A stretch of DNA of 64,000 nt from an uncultured Gemmatimonadaceae bacterium (lineage in GTDB: Bacteria > Gemmatimonadota > Gemmatimonadetes > Gemmatimonadales > Gemmatimonadaceae). This document shows positions 31,943 through 43,558 of the stretch, piece after piece (position 1 is the first letter of the stretch; every line of letters starts with the position of its first letter). Position numbers and translations under genes: made by a program. Where the stretch lies: assembly GCA_963822945.1 (NCBI GenBank), contig CAWGJO010000012.1:32001-96000 (forward strand), written 5' to 3'. The notes beneath the pieces were generated by a model. That model was not told the origin of the DNA and did not search any database. It saw only the letters and a program-made list of their open reading frames with translations.

Positions 31943-34554
31943 GCCGTCGCCGTCGCCTCTTCGCGCGCCGGAGCGCGCTCGAAGGCCAGGGTGTCACCCG
32001 CGCCGCGCGTCACCAGCACGTGATCGCCCTCAGCGAACTTGCCCTCGAGCACCTCCATGGCCAGCGGGTTCTGCACCAGCCGCTGGATGGCGCGCTTCAG
32101 CGGCCGCGCGCCGAACGCGGGATCGTAGCCTTCCTCGGCGATCAACTGCTTGGCCTCGTCGCTCACCTCGAGCGTCAGCTTCCGCTCGGCGAGCAACTGC
32201 TCCAGACGGGCCAACTGCAGGTCGACGATGCGCACGATCTGCTCCCGGCCCAGCGGCCGGAAGACGACGATGTCGTCCACGCGGTTCAGGAATTCCGGCC
32301 GGAAGTGCTGGCGCAGCGCCTGGGTCACCTGGCGCTCGGTCTCCGCCCAATCGCCGCCCGTGTGCTCCAGGATGTAGTGGCTGCCGATGTTCGAGGTCAT
32401 GATGATCACGGTGTTGCGGAAATCCACCGTGCGGCCCTGCGAATCGGTGAGCCGCCCATCGTCGAGGATCTGCAGCAGAATGTTGAACACATCCTGGTGC
32501 GCCTTCTCGATCTCGTCGAACAGCAGCACCGAGTACGGCCGGCGGCGCACCGCTTCGGTGAGCTGCCCGCCCTCCTCGTAGCCGATGTATCCCGGCGGCG
32601 CGCCGATGAGCCGGGCCACGGCGTGCTTCTCCATGTATTCCGACATGTCGATGCGCACCATCGCGTGCTCGTCGTCGAACAGAAATTCGGCCAGGGCCCG
32701 CGCCGTCTCGGTTTTGCCGACCCCGGTAGGTCCGAGGAAGATGAACGATCCGATGGGACGATTGGGATCCTGCAGCCCGGCGCGCGACCGCCGCACCGCG
32801 TTGGCCACGGCCTGCACCGCCTCGTCCTGCCCGACCACACGCTCGGCCAGCTCCTGGTCGAGCTTGGTGAGCCGCTCGCGCTCGCTCTCCAGCATGCGCG
32901 ACACCGGAATGCCGGTCCACCGCGCCACGACTTCGGCGATGTCGTCGGCGGTCACCTCCTCCTTGAGAAACTGCGGGCGTCCGCCGTGACTGGCGAGCTT
33001 CCGCTCGGCGTCCGCCATCTGACGTTCGAGTTCCGGAATGCGACCGTACGTCAACTCGGCGGCCTTGGCGAGGTCGCCGCTGCGCGAGGCCTGCTCGGCG
33101 GCGGTGCGCGTCTGCTCGATCTCCTGCTTGATCTTGCCGACGTTCCCCAGCGTCTGCTTCTCCTGCTGCCACTGAGCCTTCATGCCCGAACTCTTCTCCT
33201 TGAGTCCGGCCAGTTCGCGTTCGATCGCCTCCCGCCGCTCCACCGACGCGGGGTCCTTCTCCTTCTTCAGCGCCGTGCGCTCGATCTCGAGCTGCATCAT
33301 GCGGCGCTCGACCTCGTCGATCTCCTGCGGCATGGAATCGATCTCGATGCGCAGCCGCGACGCGGCCTCGTCGACGAGATCGATGGCCTTGTCGGGCAGG
33401 AAGCGATCGCCGATGTAGCGGTTGGACAACGTGGCGGCGGCAATGATCGCCCCGTCGGTGATGCGCACACCGTGGTGCGCCTCGTACCGCTCCTTGAGGC
33501 CGCGCAGGATCGCGATGGTATTCTCCACGCTCGGTTCGCCCACGTAGACGGGCTGGAAGCGCCGCTCCAGCGCCGCATCCTTCTCCACGTGCTGGCGATA
33601 CTCGTCGAGCGTCGTGGCGCCCACCACGTGCAGTTCACCGCGGGCGAGCATCGGCTTGAGCATGTTGCCGGCGTCCATCGCCCCTTCGGCCTTGCCGGCG
33701 CCCACGAGATTGTGCAGTTCGTCGATGAACACGACGAACTGGCCCTCGCCTTCGGTGAGTTCCTTGAGCACGGCCTTGAGCCGCTCCTCGAATTCGCCGC
33801 GGAACTTGGCGCCGGCGATGAGGGCGCCGAGGTCGAGTGCCAGGAGGCGCTTGTTCTTGAGGCTCTCCGGTACGTCGCCGTTCACGATGCGCTGGGCGAG
33901 CCCCTCGACGATGGCCGTCTTGCCCACGCCGGGCTCGCCGATGAGCACCGGGTTGTTCTTGGTGCGGCGCGACAGCACCTGGATGACGCGGCGGATCTCC
34001 TCGTCACGGCCGATCACGGGGTCGAGCTTGCCGCGGCGCGCGGCGTCGGTGAGGTCGCGCGTGTAGCGCTGCAACGCCTGGTACTGGTTCTCGGGGCTCT
34101 GGTCGGTCACGCGGTGCGTGCCGCGCACGGCCGCGAGGGCCTCGATGAGCGCGGCGTGCGTGGCGCCGGCGGCGTTGAGAATCCGCTTGCTCTCGGTGTT
34201 CTTGGCGTCGGACAGCGCCACCAGCAGGTGCTCCGTGGACACGTACTCGTCACCGAGCTTCTTCGCTTCGTCCTCCGCACGGTCGAACACGGCGCTCAGT
34301 TCGCGCGACACGTTGGGCTGCGCGTCGCTCTGCTTGGGCAGCCGGCCGAGTTCCTGGGCCACCTGCTCCCGGATCGACGTCACGTTCACGCCAAGCTTCT
34401 GGAGCACGGGCACCACGATTCCCTCGTCCTGCGCGAGCAGCGCCGAGAGCAGGTGCAGATCGTACACCACGGGATTGCCGGCGCGGCGCGCCTCGGAAAC
34501 GGCGTCGTTCAACGCGTCGGCGGATTTGACGGTCAGTCGGTCTGGATTGATCAT
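31939..34554 (-). CDS. clpB: ATP-dependent chaperone ClpB
   Basis: Two AAA+ modules ([16 protein letters not shown]), M-domain coiled coil, GARPLKR. Confidence 0.98.
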   Translation of the reverse strand: MINPDRLTVKSADALNDAVSEARRAGNPVVYDLHLLSALLAQDEGIVVPVLQKLGVNVTSIREQVAQELGRLPKQSDAQPNVSRELSAVFDRAEDEAKKLGDEYVSTEHLLVALSDAKNTESKRILNAAGATHAALIEALAAVRGTHRVTDQSPENQYQALQRYTRDLTDAARRGKLDPVIGRDEEIRRVIQVLSRRTKNNPVLIGEPGVGKTAIVEGLAQRIVNGDVPESLKNKRLLALDLGALIAGAKFRGEFEERLKAVLKELTEGEGQFVVFIDELHNLVGAGKAEGAMDAGNMLKPMLARGELHVVGATTLDEYRQHVEKDAALERRFQPVYVGEPSVENTIAILRGLKERYEAHHGVRITDGAIIAAATLSNRYIGDRFLPDKAIDLVDEAASRLRIEIDSMPQEIDEVERRMMQLEIERTALKKEKDPASVERREAIERELAGLKEKSSGMKAQWQQEKQTLGNVGKIKQEIEQTRTAAEQASRSGDLAKAAELTYGRIPELERQMADAERKLASHGGRPQFLKEEVTADDIAEVVARWTGIPVSRMLESERERLTKLDQELAERVVGQDEAVQAVANAVRRSRAGLQDPNRPIGSFIFLGPTGVGKTETARALAEFLFDDEHAMVRIDMSEYMEKHAVARLIGAPPGYIGYEEGGQLTEAVRRRPYSVLLFDEIEKAHQDVFNILLQILDDGRLTDSQGRTVDFRNTVIIMTSNIGSHYILEHTGGDWAETERQVTQALRQHFRPEFLNRVDDIVVFRPLGREQIVRIVDLQLARLEQLLAERKLTLEVSDEAKQLIAEEGYDPAFGARPLKRAIQRLVQNPLAMEVLEGKFAEGDHVLVTRGAGDTLAFERAPAREEATATA

Positions 34555-34601
34555 GGCAGTCTCGGTTGGCACACCGGCATGGCGAGCCTCGATGCTCTTG
34601 T

Positions 34602-34617
34602 AGCAAACCCAATGCCC
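34602..34617 (-). promoter_or_regulatory. Putative sigma54 (-24/-12) promoter for clpB
   Basis: Minus strand GGGCATTGGGTTTGCT = GG-N10-GC with TTGC at -12. Confidence 0.55.
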
Positions 34618-34758
34618 CGCGAACCCGCCATACCGGCGGGATTCGCCGGCCGCCCTTGCGCCAGAGTCGCGGGGCCCTGCCGAGGGGGCGGACCGGCCCC
34701 GGCCGCGGCGGAAACGACGACGCCCCGCAGGCCTGGCCGGCCGGCGGATGACTCTGAG

Positions 34759-36615
34759 CTACCCTCCCACGGCCCGCCCGACCCAGACGCGAGCGTCGCC
34801 GTGCCGGCGGGTGAAGCCGGCGCGGTCGCAGTATTCCAGTAACGGGATCACGTACTTCCTGGAAAGCCCGAGGACCTCCCGGACCCCGGTCGGGGTCACT
34901 TCGATCTCGCCAGCGAAACGCCCCCCGAGTTCGCCGAGAACTTGGTTAAGGTTTGTTGTGCTATAGTACCTATTTGCATCAACTTGCACGATATCACCAC
35001 GAGCCGCCGCCACGCGCAGAAGATCGGCGGCCTGCGGGCCGAACTCTTCCGTGAGTTCGGAGACACCCGGAGGTTCCCAACCGGACGCCGAGAGGCGATC
35101 GAGCATCGTCGCCAGAATCTCCGCCTGCCGCGGCGTCAGCGCCGGAGTCCAACCGGCCCGACGCACCTCCGCCCCGTCCGTCATGATCGTTCCCTGCTCC
35201 ATGGCCTGGGCCACCAGCGCGTCGGCGAACTCCGGCGGCAGCCTCAGCCTGGCGCGCAGTTCCTGCCGCGACGCCCCGGACGCGAGCGGGTGGGCGGCAT
35301 GGAACTCGTCCACGAAGGCCAGCATCCGGTCCCGGGCGTCGTCCCAGACGGCGCGCGACAGCAGCCGGTCGCTTCCCGCAACGTCCACCGCGTCCGCTCC
35401 CGCCACGGCCCCCGCGATTTCACGGGCCGACGAGGCCACGCGGACCAGGAGTGACTGCTTCGGCATGCCGCGTACCCCCGCTTCGGCCAGCAGGCATGCC
35501 AGCCGTGCCGCCGGATCCAGCCCCAGCGCCGGGAACGGACGGCTCCGGCGACCGGCGTGCGGATCCGTGACCGTGCCGCCGCCGATCGTAGCCAATGGCG
35601 ACGGGAGCCGTAGCACGAACCGGTCGCCGGCCCGGGCCACCACGGGGGCATCGAGCACCACGCGCACCGGGCGCGCCTCGCCGGGCGCGAGCGCTCCGCC
35701 GCGACCCACCAACCGGGCGCCGACATCCGCCGTGCCCAGATGGAGGCGTACGGCGGTGCGCGGGCCCAGTACGGCGGGGGCATCGGGAAGCAGCTTCACG
35801 TCGGCCCGCAAGACGAGCGACGGTTCCCACGCGGGGTGCTGGACGAGCACGTCGCCCCGGTGGACCTCGTCCAGATCGGTGCCTCCGAGCGCGATGGCGG
35901 TGCGGTGGCCCGGAAGCGCACGGTCGGCGGTCGCGCCGTGCACCTGCACGCCGCGCACACGTGCGGCGCGTCCCGACGGGAGGATGCGGACCTCGGCATC
36001 CGGCAGCAATGAGCCCGACCAGGTGGTGCCCGTCACCACCGTTCCCGTGCCGCGGATGCTGAACACGCGATCCACGGGCAGCCGGAAGGGCTCTTCCGGA
36101 TCGCGTGCGGTGGTGGCGCGAAGTGCGCGGACGAGCGCCTCGCGCACCGCCGTAAGGGCCGCCTCATCGCCGGGCGACACCCGAACGATGGGCGCTCCGG
36201 CGAACGCGGTGGCGGCAACGAGCGTTCGCACGTCGTCCTCGACCAGCGCGATCCAGTCGCTCTCCACGAGATCGCACTTCGTGAGCGCGACGACGCCGCC
36301 CCGCACCCCCAGGAGTTCGAGAATCGCCAGATGCTCCGTGGTCTGCGGACGCACCCCGTCGTCGGCCGCGATGACCAGCAGTCCGACGTCGATGCCCGCG
36401 GCACCGGCGAGCATCGTCCGGACGAAGGCCTCGTGCCCCGGCACATCGACCACCCCCACCGTCCCGATGCCGTCGAGCTGCAGGGGCGCGAACCCGAGTT
36501 CGATCGTGATGCCTCGGCGCTTCTCTTCCGGCAGCCGGTCCGTATCGACGCCGGTCAGCGCCCGCACGAGCGTCGTCTTGCCGTGGTCGATGTGCCCCGC
36601 GGTTCCGATGATCAC
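34759..36615 (-). CDS. selB: Selenocysteine-specific elongation factor
   Basis: [32 protein letters not shown]-terminal winged helix [11 protein letters not shown]. Confidence 0.95.
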   Translation of the reverse strand: MIIGTAGHIDHGKTTLVRALTGVDTDRLPEEKRRGITIELGFAPLQLDGIGTVGVVDVPGHEAFVRTMLAGAAGIDVGLLVIAADDGVRPQTTEHLAILELLGVRGGVVALTKCDLVESDWIALVEDDVRTLVAATAFAGAPIVRVSPGDEAALTAVREALVRALRATTARDPEEPFRLPVDRVFSIRGTGTVVTGTTWSGSLLPDAEVRILPSGRAARVRGVQVHGATADRALPGHRTAIALGGTDLDEVHRGDVLVQHPAWEPSLVLRADVKLLPDAPAVLGPRTAVRLHLGTADVGARLVGRGGALAPGEARPVRVVLDAPVVARAGDRFVLRLPSPLATIGGGTVTDPHAGRRSRPFPALGLDPAARLACLLAEAGVRGMPKQSLLVRVASSAREIAGAVAGADAVDVAGSDRLLSRAVWDDARDRMLAFVDEFHAAHPLASGASRQELRARLRLPPEFADALVAQAMEQGTIMTDGAEVRRAGWTPALTPRQAEILATMLDRLSASGWEPPGVSELTEEFGPQAADLLRVAAARGDIVQVDANRYYSTTNLNQVLGELGGRFAGEIEVTPTGVREVLGLSRKYVIPLLEYCDRAGFTRRHGDARVWVGRAVGG

Positions 36616-37373
36616 GTGGGGCCCCAGTGCCCGCGTTCCCACAACTCGAACGCGCGCAGCGACCGTCCGTCCACGACGTGGTGCTGGAGAAACTCGCGCA
36701 GCAGGCGCTGGTGCGCGCGCGCGGCAGGCGCCTCGAGCGGCATATCGGCGCGGCCCGAGGTCCAGGCGCGCAACACCCGGCGGGCGTCGGCCGGCATGCG
36801 GCGTCCACCTGGAGCGAGCGCGGCGCACCGCGGGCACAGGATGCCGCCGGCGGGATGACTGAACACCGCGTCGGCTTCGTCGTCGATCGGTGAATGGCAT
36901 TCCGCGCATTCGGCGAGGGCCGGCGTGAACCCGAGCACCGCGATCACGCGCCAGGCGCCGGCCAGGGTGGCTTCGAGCGCGCGGGACGGCTCGGCCCCGA
37001 CGATACCGTCGAGCGCCCCCTCGATGGCGTCGAACAGCGCCGGATCGGCGTGCTCCGAGGAGAACTGGAGCACCAACTCCGCGATCGCCGACGCACCCGC
37101 GAATCGTCCCAGGTCCTGGGCCAGCGCGGGGCGCGACCCCGTGACGTCGAACCCCGTCATCGTGTCGAGGTCCCGCCCCGGCTTGGTGGACAACTGCACG
37201 GCGCCTTGCGCGAACAGGTCCAGCGCGCTGCCGAACCGGCGCTGCGACCGGCGCGCCCCCTTGGCGAGCGCCGAGCGCACTCCGCCCTCGCGCGTGGCGA
37301 GCCGGACGATGCGCGACGACTCGAGGTAGTCGAACGCGTGCAGGACGATGGCATCGCTCACCAGCAGGGGCAT
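36612..37373 (-). CDS. recO: DNA repair protein RecO
   Basis: [17 protein letters not shown]4 zinc finger CAEC..CPRC. Confidence 0.93.
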   Translation of the reverse strand: MPLLVSDAIVLHAFDYLESSRIVRLATREGGVRSALAKGARRSQRRFGSALDLFAQGAVQLSTKPGRDLDTMTGFDVTGSRPALAQDLGRFAGASAIAELVLQFSSEHADPALFDAIEGALDGIVGAEPSRALEATLAGAWRVIAVLGFTPALAECAECHSPIDDEADAVFSHPAGGILCPRCAALAPGGRRMPADARRVLRAWTSGRADMPLEAPAARAHQRLLREFLQHHVVDGRSLRAFELWERGHWGPT

Positions 37374-37409
37374 GCCGGAAAGATAATCCGGCATGTCCCC
37401 CGCCCGCCG

Positions 37410-39374
37410 TTACATGGTGGCCCGAAATCCGACGAGCACGGTTCGTCCGGGGGCCAGGAAGTTGAAGACGGACTGGTAGCGGATGCCGGTGGCGTTCTGG
37501 ACCCGTAGGGTGAGCACCGTCCCACGGCCGGACGGGCCCGTGGTGATCGGATACGTGCCACCGGCGTCGACGCGGAGGTAGCCGGGCATCGTCACGGGCA
37601 CGGCCGGGTACGTTCGGAAGTCCCGGTCCGCCCGACGGCCGACGTAGGTAAGCCGCAGGTCGACCCCGCCGTGGGAGCGCGACGTCGCGGCCAGCGCGGC
37701 GTTCCAACTCGTGGCCGGACGGCGAATCAGCTGCTGGCCCAGGTGGTACAGCCCGTTGCCGGTGGTGTCGAATCCGCTGGTGAGGACGCGCGTGTCGAGA
37801 TGGGTGAGTCCGAGGCTCGCGGAGAGAAACGGCGCCGGGGCCGCGGTGGCCTCGTATTCGATTCCGGCGGCGCGCGCCCGAGCCACGTTGCAGTAGCTGT
37901 AGCCGCATGCGGTGGTGCCGCCGGTGTAGTCGATCATGTCGCGGAACGTCTGCGAGAACACCGTCACGCCCACGGTGGCCCGCCCACCGAGCAGCGACTG
38001 CTCGGCGCCCGCCTCCCAACTCAGCGCATGCTCCGGCCGAAGGTCCGGATTGCCCGTGACGTATCCCGTGGAGAAGTTCTCGTAGAAGGTGGGGGCGCGG
38101 AACGCCGTCCCGACGCTCGCCCGCAACCGGGTACCCGCCCGGGTCACGTAGTTCACGCCCCCCCGGTAGGTCCCGAACGCCCCGAAGGCCTGATTGTCGT
38201 CGAGGCGCGCACCGGCGACGGCGGTGAACCGCGGCGCGCCGGTCCAGAGGGCCTGCACGTACGCGGCCTGATTCCGGCGCGACGCGCCGAACGTGGACGT
38301 ATAGGCATATCCGCTCGCCAGCCCCTGCGCCTGCGAATTCTGATCGGCGGCGGAGAGCGCCGCGCCGAGGGTGATCACGCCGCGACCCGCCGGATCGCGC
38401 AGGTCGAGACGCGCGTCCACCCCGCGGCGGCGCACGTTGTCGAGCGACAGGTACCGGTCGCCCCCGGTCGTATCCGGTTGGTCGGTCGTGCCGCCGGTGG
38501 TCTCATCCGACGACAGCAGCACGTGGAGCGACGCCACGGGCGACAACACGCGGCCGTAGCGGGCACCGAGCACTACTCGGTCCCCGGCGTTGAACGCGTT
38601 GTGGTCCACCACGTCGCCGGCGCTGTTGGTCGGGTAGTGATAGCGCGAGTCCGTGTACCGGACGGTGAGCGCGAACGTGTCCCGGGCATCGGGTACGAAG
38701 TCGGCCCGGCCGCTGACGACGCTCTCGGCGAACCGGTTGTTGAACGCGTAGATGCCGTCCGTCTGATGGCGGGCCACCGAGAGCGAATAGTCGGCGCTCG
38801 TGCCGTCTGGGCGTGCAAGCCCGCCGCGCAGCGCGGCAGACGCATCGCCGCTGTGGTAGGTGCCGCCCCGTGCTTCGACGCTCAGCCGCGACCGCGTGCC
38901 CCCCCCGCGCGTCACGATGGAGATGACGCCGGTCACCGCATCGGCTCCGTACAGCACGCTCGCCGGACCGCGCAGGATCTCGATGTGGTCCACGTTGTCG
39001 GTGGTGAGCGTGGAGAGATCGAGCGCGCCGCCGGGATCGTTCACGGGCACGCCGTCCACCAGCACCTTCACGTACTTGCTCTCGCCGCCGCGCAGGAAGA
39101 GCGAGGTGACGCCGCCCGCCGACCCGCTCTGCGTGACCATGGCGCTCGGCGTACCGGCGAGCGCGTCGGCAACGGTGACGATCCCCAGCGCGCGGAGCTG
39201 GGCGCCGGAGATCACGGTGACCGACGCGGGCACGTCCTGCTGTGAGATCGGGATCCGCGTGGCGGTGGTGACGACGGGAGCAACGCGTGCCGTGTCGCGC
39301 GCCTGCGCCGCGAGCGACGCAGGGGTGGCCAGCGCAACGACCAACGGCACGAGTGCCAGGGAGCATCGAGTCAT
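37410..39374 (-). CDS. btuB: TonB-dependent receptor, BtuB-like
   Basis: TonB-box region VVTTATR, plug IEILRGPASVLYG, GNPDLRPE; in a B12-riboswitch operon. Confidence 0.85.
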   Translation of the reverse strand: MTRCSLALVPLVVALATPASLAAQARDTARVAPVVTTATRIPISQQDVPASVTVISGAQLRALGIVTVADALAGTPSAMVTQSGSAGGVTSLFLRGGESKYVKVLVDGVPVNDPGGALDLSTLTTDNVDHIEILRGPASVLYGADAVTGVISIVTRGGGTRSRLSVEARGGTYHSGDASAALRGGLARPDGTSADYSLSVARHQTDGIYAFNNRFAESVVSGRADFVPDARDTFALTVRYTDSRYHYPTNSAGDVVDHNAFNAGDRVVLGARYGRVLSPVASLHVLLSSDETTGGTTDQPDTTGGDRYLSLDNVRRRGVDARLDLRDPAGRGVITLGAALSAADQNSQAQGLASGYAYTSTFGASRRNQAAYVQALWTGAPRFTAVAGARLDDNQAFGAFGTYRGGVNYVTRAGTRLRASVGTAFRAPTFYENFSTGYVTGNPDLRPEHALSWEAGAEQSLLGGRATVGVTVFSQTFRDMIDYTGGTTACGYSYCNVARARAAGIEYEATAAPAPFLSASLGLTHLDTRVLTSGFDTTGNGLYHLGQQLIRRPATSWNAALAATSRSHGGVDLRLTYVGRRADRDFRTYPAVPVTMPGYLRVDAGGTYPITTGPSGRGTVLTLRVQNATGIRYQSVFNFLAPGRTVLVGFRATM

Positions 39375-40192
39375 GGCTTCCGGGGTGGCAGGGTGGACGG
39401 TGGAGCCGTGCGCGCACGCGCGCGCAGCGGGACGAGCGCCGGTGCGCCCACGGCGGGATCGCGCGTGACGACGAGTGGCCACCCGTACACGCGCTCGAGC
39501 ACTTCGCCCCGCATGACGTCATCCGGCGTCCCGGATGCCGCTACGCGCCCGCCGTGCAGCAACACCAGTTGATCGGCAAATCGGGCCACCAGGTTCAACT
39601 GGTGACTCACCAGCAGCACGGCCATCCCATCGCGGGCCAGCTGCGCGAGCAGTTCGAACGCCTCCATTTCGTGCGCGACGTCGAGATACGTGGTCGGCTC
39701 GTCGAGCACCATGCCGTCCCCGCCCTGCACGAGCGCCCGCGCGATGCGTACGCGCTGCCACTCGCCGCCCGACAGGGTGTCCACGGTGCGGTCGAGCAAC
39801 GACGCGATGCCGGCCAGGGACACGGCGCGCGCCATCGCCTCCCGATCGGCGGCCATCGTGCCACGCCACGCGCCGCGGTGCGGGAAGCGTCCCAGCGCCA
39901 GGTAGTCGTGCACCGGCGTCGGGAACGCCAGGTCCTCGCGCTGCGTGACCACCGCCACGCGGCGCGCCACGTCGGTGCGCGAGAGCGTGCGCAGATCGGC
40001 GCCGTCGATCGAGATGCGTCCCGAGACGAGTGGTTGGCGACCCAGCAGCGCGCGCACCAGCGTGCTCTTGCCGCTGCCATTGGGCCCGACGATGGCGGTC
40101 ATGCGGCCCCGCAGGGCCGTGAAGCTCACGTCGTGCACGGCGTCCTGGGGCGCTCCCGCATAGCGGACGACGACGCGGTCGAAGTCGATCAC
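39371..40192 (-). CDS. Cobalamin/siderophore ABC transporter ATP-binding protein (BtuD-like)
   Basis: GPNGSGKS, LSGGEWQR, LDEPT. Confidence 0.9.
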   Translation of the reverse strand: MIDFDRVVVRYAGAPQDAVHDVSFTALRGRMTAIVGPNGSGKSTLVRALLGRQPLVSGRISIDGADLRTLSRTDVARRVAVVTQREDLAFPTPVHDYLALGRFPHRGAWRGTMAADREAMARAVSLAGIASLLDRTVDTLSGGEWQRVRIARALVQGGDGMVLDEPTTYLDVAHEMEAFELLAQLARDGMAVLLVSHQLNLVARFADQLVLLHGGRVAASGTPDDVMRGEVLERVYGWPLVVTRDPAVGAPALVPLRARARTAPPSTLPPRKP

Positions 40193-41166
40193 CGGAGCCG
40201 CCGGAGCTGCAGGAGGAAGAATGGCACGCCGATGACGGCCGTGACGGCGCCGAGTGGAAGCTCCGCCGGCGGCAGCGCGGTGCGCGCGATGAGATCGGAT
40301 GCCACGACCAGGATCGCCCCGATGAGCGCGCTCCCGAGGATCACGCCGCGATGCGCACCCGCCCCCAGACGCCGCGCGATGTGCGGCACGACGAGCCCCA
40401 CGAACCCCACCAGACCGGCGGCGGCGACCGTGGCCGCGGCCACCAGCGAGGCGACGAGATAGACGCGGCGCGCGGCGCGATCGGCCTCGAGACCCAGCCC
40501 GGCCGCCGCGTCCTCGCCCAGCGACAGGATGTCGATCTGGCGCGCCCACGCGACGAGCAACCCGCCGCCGACGAGCACGTATCCCGCCAACCACGCCGCC
40601 TGGGTCCACGTGGCGCCGCCCACGGAACCCATCATCCACCACAGTGCTCCGCGCATGGTGCTGGGATCGCTGTTGGCGAGCAGCAGCATGATGGCGGCGT
40701 TGGCGAACGCCCCGACGATCACACCGGCCATGAGAAGGACCCGGGCATCGCCGCGGCCCGGCGACGCGTGGGCGACCAGGAACGCCACGGTCACCGCGAG
40801 GATGGCTCCGACGAATGCCGCCACCGGGACGAGCCCGACGGCCGCGCCGAGCGACACCGCGATCACCGCACCCACCGCCGCCCCACCCGACACGCCCAGC
40901 AGGTACGGCTCGGCGAGCGGATTGCGCATGACCCCTTGCAGCGAGGCTCCGCTCATCCCGAGGCCGGCTCCGAGCAGGATCGCGAGCACCACGCGCGGCA
41001 GCCGCAGCACTCGCACGATGGTCACCGCCGTCGCGTCGCCGCGACCGAACAGCGCATCGACCACCGCCCCCGGCGAGAGCCGGACGCTGCCCAATCCCAC
41101 GGCGAGGAGCGACAGACCGAGCAGGACGATCGCCGCGACGAGCCAGCGCCCCGACCGGCGGCTCAC
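40189..41166 (-). CDS. FecCD/BtuC family permease
   Basis: LRLPR, RNPLAEPY, VGFVGLVVPH, ELPLG. Confidence 0.92.
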   Translation of the reverse strand: MSRRSGRWLVAAIVLLGLSLLAVGLGSVRLSPGAVVDALFGRGDATAVTIVRVLRLPRVVLAILLGAGLGMSGASLQGVMRNPLAEPYLLGVSGGAAVGAVIAVSLGAAVGLVPVAAFVGAILAVTVAFLVAHASPGRGDARVLLMAGVIVGAFANAAIMLLLANSDPSTMRGALWWMMGSVGGATWTQAAWLAGYVLVGGGLLVAWARQIDILSLGEDAAAGLGLEADRAARRVYLVASLVAAATVAAAGLVGFVGLVVPHIARRLGAGAHRGVILGSALIGAILVVASDLIARTALPPAELPLGAVTAVIGVPFFLLQLRRLR

Positions 41167-42065
41167 GGCAGCACTCCGGGATGCAGCAGGCGGGCGAGGG
41201 ATACCGCGGCCTGCCCCAGCACCACCGACGGCCGGCCGACCACCGTGGTGTCGAACGCGAGCACGCGGCCCGTGCGAACGGCGCGCAGCGCCTGCCATCG
41301 GGGATCGGACAGCAATCGGGCACGCGTTTCGGGACTCGCGAGGACGACGTCCGGATCCCGCTTCACGACGTCCTCGAGACTCACGGTGGGCGACGGCGCC
41401 GCGATGTCGGCATACACGTTGCGGCCACCGGCAATGTCGATGAGTTCGTTCATGAAGCTGCCGCCGCCGATCGCGATCACCGGGCTCTCCCAGGTGGGCA
41501 TGAACACGGTGGGCCGCGGCAGACCCCGCGTGGCGGCACGCACGCGGGCGAGCGTGGCATCGACCGAGTCCACCACCGTCGCGGCACGGGCCGAATCGCC
41601 GAGCAGCGCTCCGATGTCGCGTGTGGCGCGGCGGAAGTCCTCGATGCGGTCGATGCGCAGCGCCGCCACCCGAATACCGGCGGCGCGCAGCCGCGCCGCC
41701 GCCGGCTGGTCGTCGGCGCTGGCGTAGAGCAGCACGAGATCGGGATGCGCGGCGAGCGTGGTCTCGACGTTGGGTCGCACGGCGGGCCCGAGGTCGGGCA
41801 CGCGCCGCGCCGAATCGGGCCAGCTATCCCACTGCGAGCGCCCGACCAGCCGCGCGCCGGCGCCGACGGCGAAGACGATCTCGGTGGTCGTGGGGTTGAG
41901 CGAGACCACCCGCTGCGGGGGCCGCGCCGGCAAGCGCAGGGTGTCGCCGAAATCGTCCACGTCGATCACGCGTCCGGGCGGCGCGACCCGATCGCGCGCC
42001 GGCGGTGCGCAGGCAACGAGCAGCAGGGCGAACGTGAACGATGGGGCGAAACGCAAAACGGACAT
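41163..42065 (-). CDS. Cobalamin-binding lipoprotein (BtuF-like)
   Basis: Lipobox LVAC; RVVSLNPTTTE; helical-backbone metal receptor motifs. Confidence 0.88.
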   Translation of the reverse strand: MSVLRFAPSFTFALLLVACAPPARDRVAPPGRVIDVDDFGDTLRLPARPPQRVVSLNPTTTEIVFAVGAGARLVGRSQWDSWPDSARRVPDLGPAVRPNVETTLAAHPDLVLLYASADDQPAAARLRAAGIRVAALRIDRIEDFRRATRDIGALLGDSARAATVVDSVDATLARVRAATRGLPRPTVFMPTWESPVIAIGGGSFMNELIDIAGGRNVYADIAAPSPTVSLEDVVKRDPDVVLASPETRARLLSDPRWQALRAVRTGRVLAFDTTVVGRPSVVLGQAAVSLARLLHPGVLP

Positions 42066-42164
42066 CCCTGGTTCGAGGCAGGATGTCCGCAGAGCCGGTC
42101 AATCCGCGCAATGCGCGACCGGAACCGCCACGAGTCCTCCCCCGAGAACCGTTGATCGTGGCGC

Positions 42165-42317
42165 GAATGCCGGTCGTCTCCTGGCTCCGGGCCGCCGCAC
42201 CCGCCTTCCCGACTCGCGTCAGTGGCATACTGGGTGGACGTTTCGCCCGTTACAGTGGCGGGGCCGCACCGGCATTACACCGGTTTCCGTATCCCGCACT
42301 CGCGTGCTTCAATTGTC
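42165..42317 (-). ncRNA. Cobalamin riboswitch
   Basis: Minus strand: GGAAACCGGTG..CCGGTGCGGCCCCGCCACTGTAA..GCCACTG..GGGAAGGC..GAGCCAGGAGAC upstream of btuF; boundaries approximate. Confidence 0.92.
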
Positions 42318-42323
42318 TCCGCG

Positions 42324-42352
42324 AATCTACGGCGCCCGCTCCTCCTCGGCAA
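42324..42352 (-). promoter_or_regulatory. Promoter of the riboswitch/btu operon
   Basis: TTGCCG-N17-TAGATT just 5' of the riboswitch. Confidence 0.55.
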
Positions 42353-43542
42353 GCGCCCGCGCGATGCGCTCCTTGAGGGCGGCTCGTTCGGCCTCGTGTT
42401 GCGCCACCCGCTCCCCGACCGGATCGGACTCCCGCGCAAATGCTGCGTCGAGCTGCGCCAGCTGGAAGAGCAGCGATTCGGACGGCTTCGCGTTGACGAG
42501 GACCGGAGGCAACCGCCGGCCGGGTGGGGTCGGCGGCCACCCGCGGCACGCGGCGCCGGATGGCGAACGTGAGCGCCACCGCCATCAGAATCGCCATCGC
42601 GAAGGCGATGCCGGCAAAGAGGCGGGTCCGCGATCCGCCGCCGGCGGTGCCGGCTTCGATGCGGAGCACCGTGCCGTCGGGCACGTCCTGCGCCAGGTAC
42701 CGCTTGAACGTGCGTCCCTGCGTGGTGACCGACTGACGCTGGGCCAGGCCGGGCATGCTCGGCGTCGCCGACGATTCCTCGAGCATGACCTCGAGCACGC
42801 CCGCCCCACCCGTCATCGGCAGGGACAACGGGAACGCGGAGGCCGGCAGCGAGAATCCCACGGCGAGCTGCCGCATACCAGGGCTCACCGGCGCGAACAG
42901 CTGGACTTCGGTTCCCTTGAACGCGACGGCCCCGGGCGCGATGTCGCCGCCACTCACCGCCGGCGAGACGGCGGCGGCCGGCAGCTGCGTGGTCCAGAGC
43001 GGCGTGAGCGTGTCGCGGGCGGTGAGCGTCTTCGTGCCGTCATTGCCGAGGTCGAACACCTCGGCGACTTCGCGCATCCCCTTCGGGCTGGGGGCGCCGA
43101 TCACGATGTGCCGCCCGAGCACCTTGAGCGTGATACCATGGCTCGTGGTATCGAACACCATGATGTCGGCGTCGGGGCTGGTGACGGTGACCGCCTGGAG
43201 CGGCCCGGTGAAATAGGCAATGCCATGGTAGATCGCCGACGCGACGTACACGGCGTCGGGCGAACCCGAGGTCTTGTAGTTGAACCGGTAGGCGCCCCTG
43301 GCGTCGGTGAAGGTGGAGTCGATCGGGCCGGCGGTGTCCTGCCCCACACGGTGCAGGACAACGAGCTGGTGCGCCACCGGAACCGGCACGCTGTCGGCGC
43401 CGGGATGCTGGACGAGGCCGCTCACCGACCGGGGCTGGCCCAGCGGAACGGCGCCCGGCGTCTGGGCGTGCAGCGAGCCGGCGAGCAAGAGCAGGCCGGC
43501 GGCGCGCGCCAGTGGGCGGCCGATCAACGATCGCAGTGGCAT
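42327..43542 (-). CDS. Hypothetical secreted/membrane protein (prealbumin-like domain, TM, coiled tail); +1 frameshift near 42520
   Basis: Signal peptide, TDARGAYRF, TM near C-terminus; tail LLFQLAQLDAAF..ERAP lies in the other frame. Confidence 0.75.
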
Positions 43543-43558
43543 GGGTGGCGGATACCGC

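Noticed and set aside
32020..34842. Long antisense ORFs opposite clpB, mutL, argS and others
   Set aside because: Shadow ORFs expected from high-GC codon bias; no recognisable motifs.
34759..38019. 1086-aa SelB with a long N-terminal extension
   Set aside because: The extension is an off-frame read of btuB/recO; SelB starts at GTG 36615.
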